Source: Selaginella moellendorffii
Lineage: Eukaryota > Plantae > Lycopodiophyta
Reading direction: 5' to 3'
Assembly: GCF_000143415.4 (NCBI RefSeq)
Contig: NW_003314277.1
Span: 62,001 to 126,000 of the forward strand
DNA length: 64,000 nt
Under the pieces are notes generated by a model. The model had not been told where the DNA came from, ran no database searches, and worked only from the letters and a program-made list of their open reading frames with translations. A program made the translations under genes and the position numbers. This document shows positions 38,206-49,636 of this stretch, piece by piece (position 1 is the first letter of the stretch; each line of letters begins with the position of its first letter).

Positions 38206-38408
38206 CAAGTTTTTAGGGTTCTTGCGGGCGGGAATCTCCGTTGGAGCTTGAGAACTCTAGCGTGATGAAGCCACAAGAATCTTGTCAATTTCGATTCGAA
38301 AGAGCATCGTTCCCACGCAGCAATCTTTGTAACGAAGCAGGATAACTTGGATGTAGTAAGTGTAGTGAAGTGAAAATCTAGAACAGTTTAAACTACGATG
38401 GAACTATT

Positions 38409-39168
38409 TTACATCATGTGAAATACTGGAGTCTTGGTGAAAAACTCGGTGATCACCAAGGCGAGGAAGCCAAGCATCGCGGTTCGCCCATTCCAGCGCT
38501 CCGCCATGGCTCTAAATGGCCCAAGCGATCTGCTGTCCGGGCTCTCGCCCTTAAACATGGGCACCAGCGACGCGTACGCGAATAGCTGTGCCACCGCCAG
38601 AAAATGGAAAAGACCAGTGCTCCCCGGCGAGTAGAGCTGCTCCGCCACCGTTTGTCCCGTCATTCGCTCCACCGCGAATGCCCACACCAATCCTACCATT
38701 GCCTGTTTGACAAGTTCACGTTACTTACTTGGTTGATCTAGAAAAAAACGCGAAGAAAAATCACCAATCGCTTACCAGTCTTCCGTTGATCGTTTCCGGG
38801 CCGGCTCCATCGAACGCCATCAAGCTGGGGAACGATCGATCGCCAGTCTCTGGTCGCCTCTCGACCTCTGGCCTGGGATAGAATGATCCGGACGATGGGA
38901 CGGCTCCAAACACGGAGCGCTTCTCCGACTCGTTCTCGGCCTGGTTCTTGAGCACCTCCTCGCGGGTGATCTCCTTCTTGGTGCCGTCGAGAACGCCACT
39001 GATGCCGCCATCGCCACCATCCCTTGATTTGTTCGAGGACGCTCTTACTACTACTAGATTTCTTGTCCCGATGGAGCTTGTGGATGATTGCGATTGGACA
39101 TGGATCTTGTTGGAGATGAGCGAGGAAGAAGAGAGAGCTGCGATACCGCTGCCTGTGACGAGTGCCAT
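38409..39168 (-). CDS. ELIP: ELIP copy 2 (one intron)
   Basis: Same motifs as copy 1; two ACGTGGC ABREs (39274, 39297) and a TATA box upstream. Confidence 0.93.
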
Positions 39169-39599
39169 TGTTTTGAGCTGGGAGCTAGCTAGAAAAAAAT
39201 TCAACAGTGCAACAATGAGCTACTTTCTTTGGCAAATGACACACAGGTATTTATACGGAGTGGGGATTGTATAACGTGGCAAATTTGACTTTCCATACGT
39301 GGCAAAATTGAGGTCTCGGCTCGTGTCCACTGTATGTGTCGCATCTTGTGCGGTGAAAATGGCCACAGGTAAAAGTTCTCAAGGTGTGATATTTTTGAAC
39401 TTTCGTTTCATTTCACCATTAGCACAGCAGGATGTTGTTTTTTTTCTGAAACAATTGTCTGTATATAGTTATGTATGACATGTTTAATAAGCAAGATCTA
39501 ATCATGCTGGAGGTCTTGATGGACTTGCAAAAAAAGTGGCAAATGCCAAGGAAGGTTACTTGAGAGCATGTCTACTTGACTATCTCTCCTGTATATCAC

Positions 39600-39900
39600 G
39601 AGAAAGAAAAAGAAACGAGTTGAGAGAAACAAAAGAGAAAATCATGGAAAACTCATACAGTCTTGAAGAACCAAAATGCAGTCTGTGTTCGCAAGATGGT
39701 AAAGAGCTTGTGAGCCACAGTACTGCCTTGAATGCTCGCTTATATTTTCTTGTGATTCTCTCCGTGGCACCAAACCATCGATTGAGGCAATTGCTTCGTC
39801 TAGAACCACAATCTCCGTTCTGTTCCTTGCCAGACAAAGTAGCTGCTTTTCACCCATGCTACAATTCTCCCCACTTCCAGCACTATGAGTTATAATACCA
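39600..39900 (-). pseudogene. ABCC/MRP transporter NBD2 remnant
   Basis: GSGENCSMGEKQLLCLAR...IVVLDEAIASID carries the ABC signature and Walker B; frameshifted. Confidence 0.7.
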
Positions 39901-40065
39901 ACATGATCAGTGGAGGCTTTAGAAAATACCAACAGAACATACTAACTTCAGAATCTGAACCTTCTCAGCATTGATTGTTACCAATTTTGGCACCTTCCAG
40001 ATTTTCTTTAGAATATTCTAATTTTGTTTCCGATTTTAAGACTAAAAAAAAAACATCACACACAT

Positions 40066-40091
40066 TGTGAGGGCCAAGCCAAGCACTCACA
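40066..40091 (+). mobile_element. Collapsed 26-bp solo LTR of the 49637 gypsy family, with 4-bp ACAT target-site duplication
   Basis: ACAT-TGTGAGGGCCAAG-CCAAGCACTCACA-ACAT consists of the first 13 and last 13 nt of the family LTR. Confidence 0.8.
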
Positions 40092-40706
40092 ACATGAAAT
40101 AAGTTAATATTAACGAGGTCAAAAGTACACTAAAGGTTCACACTTTCACTCGATAAAGTTGTCCAGCTTACACTAAAGTTTGTTTAGCAAGCTTGCTTAC
40201 TTGGCCATCATCTCTTGAAATGCCTTTGATTTTACACCACCATCAAAGAGTTGCAAGCGACACAAGGCCATGACTTCCAAAGTGTCACTGCATTGTTAGT
40301 AATATAGAAAAAAAACATTTTACACAAAATAACTGCTGTTTATCTTTTAATTTCCACTTTTCTTGTGCTTCTTTCATCTTGCACTAGATGAAAGCCTCCT
40401 CAATAGGACTGTTTTCCATCTTTCTGTGAGAAGGCCTAAGTAGAGGGCTCTTGGAACTGGGCAAAAGCTTCTTAGCTCTTTTAACATTCTTGACATGCCC
40501 AGGCTCTTTCCATGTGAGGTAGCTCGACTTATCATAAACCTGTGTGCTATTTAGTATGCTACAAATACCTTCCACACTGGCTACTTTGCTGCGTCTAGAG
40601 TTTTTCTCAATGCTGTATCAAGAAAAATCTTCTTGACAGCTTCCTTTGCTTCTCTCTTGATTCAAGGGATTGTCAGGACCGAGACTGACACCCCAGAGTT
40701 CAAATG

Positions 40707-41785
40707 CTGGGCGAGTTTTAAACCAGCACATCTGTATAGAGAGGAACTTTGTCTTGTAAAATCAAATAAAAAACAAATATTGCACTCATGATAACAACAA
40801 TCATGAATGTTGATTCATATTAGATTTGAGACAAAAAAGTGCTTTTTAATAATAATGAAAAAATCTATAAGATGACCAAAATAAACTTGCAATTATCTAT
40901 ATAGGAATCAAGCCCAAAAGATTATAAGAATTTTAAAGAATCATTGTATTGGATTTAGTAGATTTGTGTGAATTATTTTTAAGTTGCACTTTTTCTATTT
41001 ATTATAAACATATACATTTATGGAAAGGAGTTAGTGCAATTTTTTTTCTTTTTTACCAATTAGTAAATAATACCCTAGTGAGCATCATGAATTTATAAAA
41101 ACAACTTACAAAGCTAAACAAATTAAAGACATGCAAATATCTTGGCAAGTACTTTCATTAACATCTACATTTAAAATGCCATATTTTTTAAAAGTAAGAA
41201 TGATAATATTTTTACTTTCCATTCTTTTTTCAGCCCACTAGATGAAAAAAACATATGGAGCTGAATTAATGTATACCAAATTCCTTGGGCATCATTGATT
41301 TTCTTTACAAAAAAAAAAGCAAATAAAATGAACTCAATATGGAAAGCAATCAACAGGCTATTACAATAATAGTTCCATCATCCATCACTCAAAGCAAGGG
41401 AAGTTACATATAAGCAAAAACAAATCTTCCCCCACTCTGTTTAACAGAGTCTAATGAATGTTCACTCTTTCTTAACGATACTTTTTGAAATAAATGGGTA
41501 AGAATCAATGGATATTATTTTTTTTTCCGAATGCTCAAAATCTAAAGCTTCCAACCTATATGTTTATATTTATACTTATCTAAAATTTTAAAGAGTTCAG
41601 TTTAGCTAGCTTAAACTTTAGTCAGAGAAGTGAACTCGATCAACACCATGCCATCACAACTCCACTGGTTATTCTCAGGATAGTTGTTCTTGAATGCCAC
41701 AAGGTCACCCTAATTTTGAGGAGCCACAAGCTGAGTAAATAGAAACGTCAAAACTGTGTCGGTGCTGAAGGGTCAAATGAAAGAG
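40707..41785. repeat. AT-rich duplicated block, homologous to about 62525-63621
   Basis: Shared ACATCTGTATAGAGAGGAACTTTGTCTTGTAAAATCAAATAA through GGTCAAATGAAAGAG. Confidence 0.85.
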
Positions 41786-41965
41786 GGCATAAACCCTCAT
41801 GCCAATTTTTATAAAACCAATCGTACAAGCAGTTCCTGTGCATAATCAAGATGCCCGACTTGGGCACTATGGTGGAAGTGTATAAGTAGCGAGCATTACA
41901 TTCCAGCAGGCAGGATCAAGCTCTGGCATTCTTTCAAATAATGGCAATTACGTTTTAAGTAAAAT

Positions 41966-42725
41966 TTACATCATGTGGAACACTGGAGTCTTGGTGAAAA
42001 ACTCGGTGATCACCAGGGCGAGGAATCCAAGCATCGCTGTTCGCCCATTCCAGCGGTCCGCCATGGCTCTAAACGGCCCAATTGATCTACTGTCGGGGCT
42101 CTCGCCCTTAAACATGGGCACCAGCGACGCGTACGCGAAAAGCTGTGCCACCGCTAGGAAATGGAAAAGACCAGTGCTCCCCGGAGAGTAGAGCTGCTCC
42201 GCCACCGTTTGTCCCGTCATTCGCTCCACTGCGAATGCCCACACCAATCCTACCATTGCCTGTTTGACAAGTTCACGTTACTTACTTGGTTGATCTAGAA
42301 AAAAACGCGAAGAAAAATCACCAATCGCTTACCAGTCTTCCGTTGATCGTTTCCGGGCCGGCTCCATCGAACGCCATCAAGCTGGGGAACGATCGATCGC
42401 CAGTCTCTGGTCGCCTCTCGACCTCTGGCCTGGGATAGAATGATCCGGACGATGGGACGGCTCCAAACACGGAGCGCTTCTCCGACTCGTTCTCGGCCTG
42501 GTTCTTGAGCACCTCCTCGCGGGTTATCTCCTTCTTGGTGCCGTCGAGAACGCCGCTGATGCCGCCATCGCCACCATCCCTTGATTTGTTCGAGGACGCT
42601 CTTACTACTACTAGATTTCTTGTCCCGATGGAGCTTGTGGGCGATTGTGATTGGACATGAAGCTTGTTAGAGATGAGCGAGGAAGAAGAGAGAGCTGTGA
42701 TGCTGCTGCCTGAGACGAGTGCCAT
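41966..42725 (-). CDS. ELIP: ELIP copy 3 (one intron)
   Basis: ELIP motifs intact; ABRE ACGTGGC at 42845. Confidence 0.93.
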
Positions 42726-43869
42726 TGTTTTGAGCTGCAAGTTAGCTAGCAAAAAATTCAACTGTTCAATGAATTTACAATGGGCTACTTTCTTTTACGT
42801 TTCAGATAAATGGGCACACAGATATTTATACGGTATGGGACCGTACGTGGCAAAATTTAGATCTTGCTCGTGTCCACTGTATGTGTCGCACATCTTGTGC
42901 GGTGAAAATGGCCGAAGGCGAAACTTCTCTAGAGAATGCAAGGTGTGATATTTTGGGCTTTCGTTTCGTTTTCCAATCGAATTCGTACACGGGGATGCTC
43001 TTTTGTCTGCACAATAAGCGTGTTAATGTAATGCAGTTAGAAAGACTCGAGTGCTCGTCTAGTGCATCAAACATGACTATCTCCCCGGTATCACGAAGAA
43101 AAAAAGGCAAATTTCAAGACTACTTTCAAACATTAAACAAGATGAAAAAAAGACTTTGTAATCCACTTGAGAGCTGGTTATCTAGTGTGGATTTGGCAAA
43201 GCTTCATTCATATACACATTTCAAAGGGATTCTCAGTATTGTTGAATGTTATGTAATCACATATTCAAGTTCTACTAAAGGAATTCCCTCTTTCTGGTGA
43301 TGTTATATATGCTCTAACTTCTCAAGATCAGTCTTCTAAGTTACCTTCATCTAACAAAAACATCTTTCACAATGCACTCAATTTGCTTATGTTTAGAAAA
43401 ATTAAGGATAACATATAACTCAAAGACAAAGAAAAAAAAAGCACTTTCTAGTCCTCATTCCTTATTTTGTGATGGGAAAAAGTCCAATAATGGCAAGCTA
43501 ACTCATTCTTGCAAACAATCACAATAACTTTAGCTAATGAATGCAAATATAAAGCAGAGTTGAGTAAGCTTTATGTTGGGTGTCAAGCATCTTTACATGC
43601 ACTTGGGTTTTTTGCTTCTTTCCAAGCAACTAAGTGGGAGGGTTCAGCTTCAACATTTTGGATTGCAAGTTTTTCATAAGAAACTACCTTAACAGGCCAT
43701 GGCTCGCCCATTAATTTGATCTAGCCATTGGTAGCCATCCGATGAAGTCAAGTTCTCTGCCAAAACGTGGCTGACAACTGCCAGAACCCAGCTGCCAGCT
43801 GCTAGGTTTTGGAGAACCAGGCTACCAGGTGCCAATTCTGGAGAACCCTTTTATCCTCAAATAACATTC

Positions 43870-44620
43870 TTCCATGTATTTATTAACAGTCTCGCCACAG
43901 CTTGTTAAGGCCATTCCATGGGCACGGGCTTGCTCGTTCCCTCCAGAACTCACTTGCCAGGCTAAGACCTGGCTCGCCTGTTCTGGGCGGGAACATGCTC
44001 ACCTTACCTGGGAACTCCTTCATCACCTTTTAGCTCAATTGTCATCTTGGAGCATTGAGCATGTTCCTTACACATCAAATGATGTTGATGATATACCAAT
44101 GCAGCAAGGGTTGTGGACAACTAAGAGAATCTATCCCACAGATTGCAACACAATAATGAACTTGATTAAATTGAAGGTGCAAGTCTTATTGGCTGAATTG
44201 GTAACAATTCTTATGGATTTGCCGATTAAAAATAATGAGCCAAAGTTATTGTTTGCCAGGAAGGAGTTGACATTGAGGAGAGGAAAGTTTTACAAGATTT
44301 CCTTGGTGAGTTTTTAAATGTTTTTGCATGAGACTACTTGGAGCTGAAAGGCATTTCACCAAACATTATTATCCACAATTGAAGCAACTCAATCCTCTTC
44401 TTGAGCCATTGGTTAAGAAAAAAGTCCACAAATTGATAAGGAAGGCACATGCATTCCTTTTCCCACCAATGTCAAAATATATTTTCTGTCAATTTTTCTG
44501 AGTTACAAAAGGATTACATGTAACACAGTGATTGGTATGAGACAGGAGGAGATATTTGCTATGGAAGAGAGGCTTGAGCAAGCCACATGAGATTTCTTTT
44601 AAAATATGAGCCTAAGCTTT
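43870..44620 (+). mobile_element. Possible heavily degenerate retrotransposon pol remnant
   Basis: CpG-poor; a WSIEHVP RNase H-like peptide and integrase-linker-like peptides; many stops. Confidence 0.3.
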
Positions 44621-45469
44621 GTCAATAGGGACAACATCACTTTTCTGGTATATCCAAAAAGTGATTTTTATCACTGTTGATCAGATTAGATTCCTTTATT
44701 GAATGACAGCTCCAACTAGGTTGACAGATTCAACTTCTCACTACAAATTATCAAGTATTTTTCAAAGGCATAACTTGTTTATTTAAAACATATAGACATC
44801 TTTAGAGTCACTGCAACACCTGTTTAAGCACGGGACCTTCCTAATGTTTTCTAAGCTAAGTGATAAGTTTATTTGGCACCACCATAGCATGACCATGGCT
44901 GATAATTAATTGCAGCTCACTAGGAGCTTGGTGGAGAGTAGTTACAAGCTGTTTTGCTGAGGTGTTGTTGTGGAAGTAGTGCCATGATGCTGCAAAGATG
45001 ATACTTAATGTCAACATCTAACTTACTTTCTTGGTCTTGATCCTGGAAGTTTTGGAGTAATTCTAGTACTGGTCAATTCCAGAGGTAGAAGCATTAGGCT
45101 GTAATGCAGCAGTGATAGAAGTGTCGATTCTAAATGATTGTGGGCTAAATTTTATATGGTGTGAACCCAGTGCAATTTTCAGCACAATCATCCTTCATCA
45201 CACTTGACAATGCTAAGAGTACATGTTATTGGGAATGGATCCAAGGCAATGGGCAGATTTCTCTTGTCCTAGGAGCAATGTGATTCTTGGACTGTGTGTC
45301 TTCTCTAATCCATGGCTTTCACCCACAACACCCAATGAACTTCTTCTCTTTCAGCTAACATGCCTGTTATTAATTAGCCAACATGATTTTTATTACTGAG
45401 CCTGGGATCCAACAGTCAACAGGCCTCCCCACTATCACTTTGTATATATAGAGCTTTATATATATATAG

Positions 45470-46724
45470 ACGAGCGCCAGTCCTAGAAAGCGCTTGGCCA
45501 AGCCGGCCGAGGATTCCAGCCGCTTGCACGTCAGCCAGCTCTCGAGGAATGTGAACGAGTCCCATCTCAAGGAGATTTTCGGTAGGCTCCCATGGGTTCT
45601 AGCGCGAAACTTTGATCTTTTTGCTTTGTGTAGGGAACTATGGGGATATTATTGCTGTGGATCTTGCGATGGACAAGACGGTAAGGATAAAGAACACTTC
45701 TTCCTGACAGCATTCTCGCGTAGGCTTCTCTTTTTTTTCTTCTAAATTTCCCCTCTTTCCAGGTGAATCTTCCAAAGAGATTTGCGTACGTGGATTACAA
45801 GAGCAAATCGGATGTTGAAAAAGCTCAACAGTTCATGGATGGGGTTGGCATTCTTTTTCTTTCTTTTCTTTGTTTTTTTTTTCTGTATGGACTCGTCATC
45901 AGTGTAAAGCTTACAAGAAAGGTATCCCTGGCACGAGGGGTGTCTCCAAAACGAGACGCTGCGCCACCGCGACGAAGGCCACCAGCTTCGTCGCCGGTAA
46001 GGCGACGGTCACCTTCACCAGGATTCCGAAGGCGACGGAGGTCTCCAAACAGGTAAATTTTCTCTCGGCCGTCCTCATCGTGATTCTAATGCGCTATATG
46101 AATTTGCAGGAGCCCAATACGAAGGCCTATGGGTCGTCAGCGATCGCCAGCTCCTTACAGGCGCAGGTATGCAATAGAAAAGCTTTATGTGTTCTGAGGT
46201 TTTACCGCTGTACTATTCGCAACCAGGTCACCACTTCCAGTCAGGCGAGTACGTACACCACCACGGAGGTCTTCCCCAGTTCGACGTCGTTCAAGGACCC
46301 CTCCACCGAGGCGTATGCGCTCGCCTCCAAGGCGGATGATGCGATCGCGTTCCAGATCGCGTTCGGCTTTTAGAAGGTTTGTTGTCCTTGCTTCAAATTC
46401 TTGCTGGCTAACAGAATACTGTCTTTCCAGAGCAAGATCACCACCAAACAGGCGGGGCAGGTGAAGCTCCTACTCATCCGGATCTCCTAGTCCAGTGAGA
46501 AGAGTAAGTAGCTGTAATACTTCTCAATCCTGTTTTTGTTTTCTCACTGCTGCAAAAGCAGAGATCACCTGTCCGGGGGGGAGCAAGGAAATCTACGAGA
46601 AGCAGAAGTCCAAAGAGGTATCCTTTCGCTGTCTTCGCTTTCCACTAACTTTCTCTTTGATTGTAGAGCTACCAGCAGCAGTCCCAGCCGAAGTCCTGTT
46701 TCTCCAAAGAACACCAACCAGTAA
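45470..46724 (+). pseudogene. SR45: SR45/RNPS1-like splicing factor, 5'-truncated pseudogene with introns
   Basis: RRM LHVSQLSRNVNESHLKEIFG...VNLPKRFAYVDYK...AQQFMDG and RS/SP-rich exons. No ATG or N-terminal RS domain, the RRM end is missing, and there is an in-frame TGA at 46462. Confidence 0.8.
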
Positions 46725-47598
46725 GCTCTCAAACTGCAATCAATTCAGAACAAGAACAGTCTTAATTCTTGAGGTTGTGACAGGGCAACGAAAGCCAAGT
46801 GAGCTGCGGGCTGCAAAGTCGATTCCACAGCGAGTCCCTCAACCTCTCTGCCCAGCATTTTTCCTGCATTATTTATTTTTGTATAAGCATGTTTAATAGC
46901 CTGCTTGCTTGCTTGCATTCTTTCTTTTCGACTTACTGATAGTTTGTTTGCGCTTGAAATTGCATGGCTGTGTGCTTTTGTCGAGATAGACTTTTGATGA
47001 AATACAACCTCTCTTTTGGCTTGGAGTTCGAGAGCACGGCTTTTTCGCGTTTGTTTCCAACGCCTGTGGCTACAAAGGATAAAGGTTTCCACATTTTGAC
47101 ACCTCTGCTTCAGAAACACAGCTTTGTGGACACCTTTGTTTTTGGCAGTGGTCCCAGTAAATTGTTCTTGTGCTTCCTGGCAGATGATAAGGAGCTTGAG
47201 AGATTGACACCTCTGAGGCAAACATCATCCACCCAGAGGCAAGCTTGAACACGTCCTCAACAATGGCATGGTTAACATGCTTTGTAAAGATTATGGTTTT
47301 GTTTACCTGCGCCATCTTGCTGGGCCTCTCGACGATCTAGTTAATCTGTGTCCAGAAGGCACGTCATTAAAATGTTAAACCGAATTCAAAGCACCATTCG
47401 GAAATCAACTTTGACTATGGGTTGACCGGGCAAGCAAGACTTTGTCCCAATTGTTTTGCACGAGGGAAAAGGTGGCTGAAGCAGTGGTGAAGGTGCAAAT
47501 TCCAACTTCATCACGTCACCTTTGCAAATATGCCACTTGGGCTATGTTGAGATGGTTGTTATTATTTTGCTAAGTTTCTATATGAAACCATGAACTAT

Positions 47599-47910
47599 TT
47601 AGGAGGAGCCAGAGAACGTCGCCTTGAGCTGCCGGACCGCATTCTCATCAATAAAGAACGTCTTGATGAGCACCTCGTCCAGGATGTCCGATCCAAACAT
47701 GGAGCTTGCAATGAGCTGGATGCCCGGTGACTGCGAATCCAGCGTCACGACGGCCATGGCGGTGGTGTTGCCAACGTTGAGCTGCCAGTGGATCAAACCC
47801 CGCGGGAAGATCATCACGTCGCCTTTGGAGATGACCCAAGCAAAGAGCTGGTTCTGGGTGGTGACGAATCCGGCGTACAAGCTCCCTTCCACGACGTAGA
47901 TGATCTCCGA
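47599..47910 (-). pseudogene. 3' half of a second germin-like gene
   Basis: Near-identical to the C-terminal half of 47916-48557; starts 7 nt after that gene's stop codon. Confidence 0.88.
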
Positions 47911-47915
47911 ACTAT

Positions 47916-48557
47916 TTAGGAAAATGTAGCCTTGAGCTGCCGAACTGCATTCTCATCAATAAAGAAGGTCTTGACGAGCACCTCGTCCAGGATGTCCGAT
48001 CCAAACATGGAGCTTGCGATAAGCTGGAAGCCCGGTGACTGCGAATCCAGCGTCACGATGGCCATGGCGGTGGTGTTACCAACGTTGAGCTGCCAGTGGA
48101 TCAAACCCCGCGGGAAGATCATCACGTCGCCTTTGGAGATGACCCGAGCAAAGAGCTGGTTCTGGGTGGTGACGAATCCGGCGTACAAGCTCCCTTCCAC
48201 GACGTAGATGATCTCTGAGCCTCGCGGGTGCGTGTGTGGAGGGATGAGACCGCCGGGAGCAAAGTCGAGCCTGGCTATGGAGAGGCCGAGAGAGTTGAGC
48301 CCCGGATAACTGTGGACGAAGCCAAACACCGCGTCGGCTCTCGATGGGCCGCTGGTGTTTGCGGAGTTTCGAAGGCCCGAGAAGATGAAATCCTCGGTGG
48401 TGGTGTTGGCTGCTCGCTTGCAAGGGTAGCCATTGAGGGTGAGGTCCTTTGCGAGGTCGGCCACACAAAAGTCCTGGAGGGGATCGGCGTCGGAGGCTGT
48501 GATCACCTGGAAGATTGGTGCTGCGATGACGAGAAATTGGAGGAGTGTGATCATCAT
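47916..48557 (-). CDS. Germin-like protein (cupin), secreted
   Basis: Signal peptide, DPLQDFCVAD, germin box PPHTHPRGSE, FPRGLIH. Confidence 0.93.
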   Translation of the reverse strand: MMITLLQFLVIAAPIFQVITASDADPLQDFCVADLAKDLTLNGYPCKRAANTTTEDFIFSGLRNSANTSGPSRADAVFGFVHSYPGLNSLGLSIARLDFAPGGLIPPHTHPRGSEIIYVVEGSLYAGFVTTQNQLFARVISKGDVMIFPRGLIHWQLNVGNTTAMAIVTLDSQSPGFQLIASSMFGSDILDEVLVKTFFIDENAVRQLKATFS

Positions 48558-49526
48558 TGTGTTCTTGAGTGATCCATGGAACTTGAGGAAACAAACGAGA
48601 GAGATGAATTAGAAGAGTGACCTCTTTCTTTGATTGAGTTGTGAGATGGTTGTGAAAGTATTTAAAAGATGGAAAGGCTTGGAGAAGGTTCCATGAAACA
48701 CAGCAGTTGCGATGGGATCCGTCACTCTGTGTTTGACAATGTGGTGCTCTGCCCACGTCTTATATATTACTTCTTGTATCCTTTGAAGTGGGCCACTACT
48801 TATTGAATAAATCTTTGCAGCGTTGGTTGAAGAAATCTTACTTACGTCATTATTATTAATATTTTATAAGAAATTTATCTGTAACTTTAGAATATTCTTC
48901 ATTCTAATGGTTGTAATTTTTTCTGCCATTCAACTTTTTCTAATTTGAATTTTCTTAGTTAAATTAGTATAAATAATGTGTTTATGTTTTGAAACCATTA
49001 AAACTATAATTTTGTCACTCCTATGAATCATCTTTAGAAAATAACAAATGATACCAGTTTTAATAAAATTCAGTAACTCCATTTGTCACCTAAAATTTTA
49101 GAAGTGCTTAAAATGTATAAATTATTTGTTTTGTGTCTAAAGGCCATTAATTTTTTTCTCTTTCCACTACTTTAGTACATTCTAAGATAAACAATTCAAT
49201 TTATACAAAAGATCAATAAAGTTGAAGTGCAAAATAATGAAATAGTAGTTAAAAATTATAATTAATATTTTCTATATACTCTCCAATTTCTAAAATGGTT
49301 TGGATCATTTAAATTTTTTTTATAACTTAGAGTTTTGTTTTACACTTCTAAACAAGATTTATTACTATTTCTAAATTATTTCATCCAAACATTAAAAAAT
49401 TTAAACTTATCCACAGCGATATATAATAAAAATCATACAAAAATCATAGGAATGATTATAATGTAGGACAATGTGAAAAATATTTTTATTAAAGATGAAA
49501 ATTATTTAATTTAAATGTGTAAGATT

Positions 49527-49546
49527 TGTGTGTGTGTGTGTGTGTG

Positions 49547-49583
<37 letters not shown>

Positions 49584-49636
49584 GTATGTGTGTGTATGTA
49601 TATATATCTATGTGTGTGTGTGTGTGTGTGTGTATA
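49527..49636. repeat. Compound microsatellite (GT)n(CT)n(AT)n
   Basis: Seen directly; similar TA/GT/GTAT tracts flank the other end of the LTR element (54128-54285). Confidence 0.95.

Larger units (their letters stand above)
35041..39377. repeat. Segmental duplication copy A (PPR / orphan / ELIP); copy B at 57632-61979
   Basis: Colinear high-identity direct repeat running from ATGTGTACAA.AATGATT to GGCCACAGGTAAAAGTT in both copies. Confidence 0.93.
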
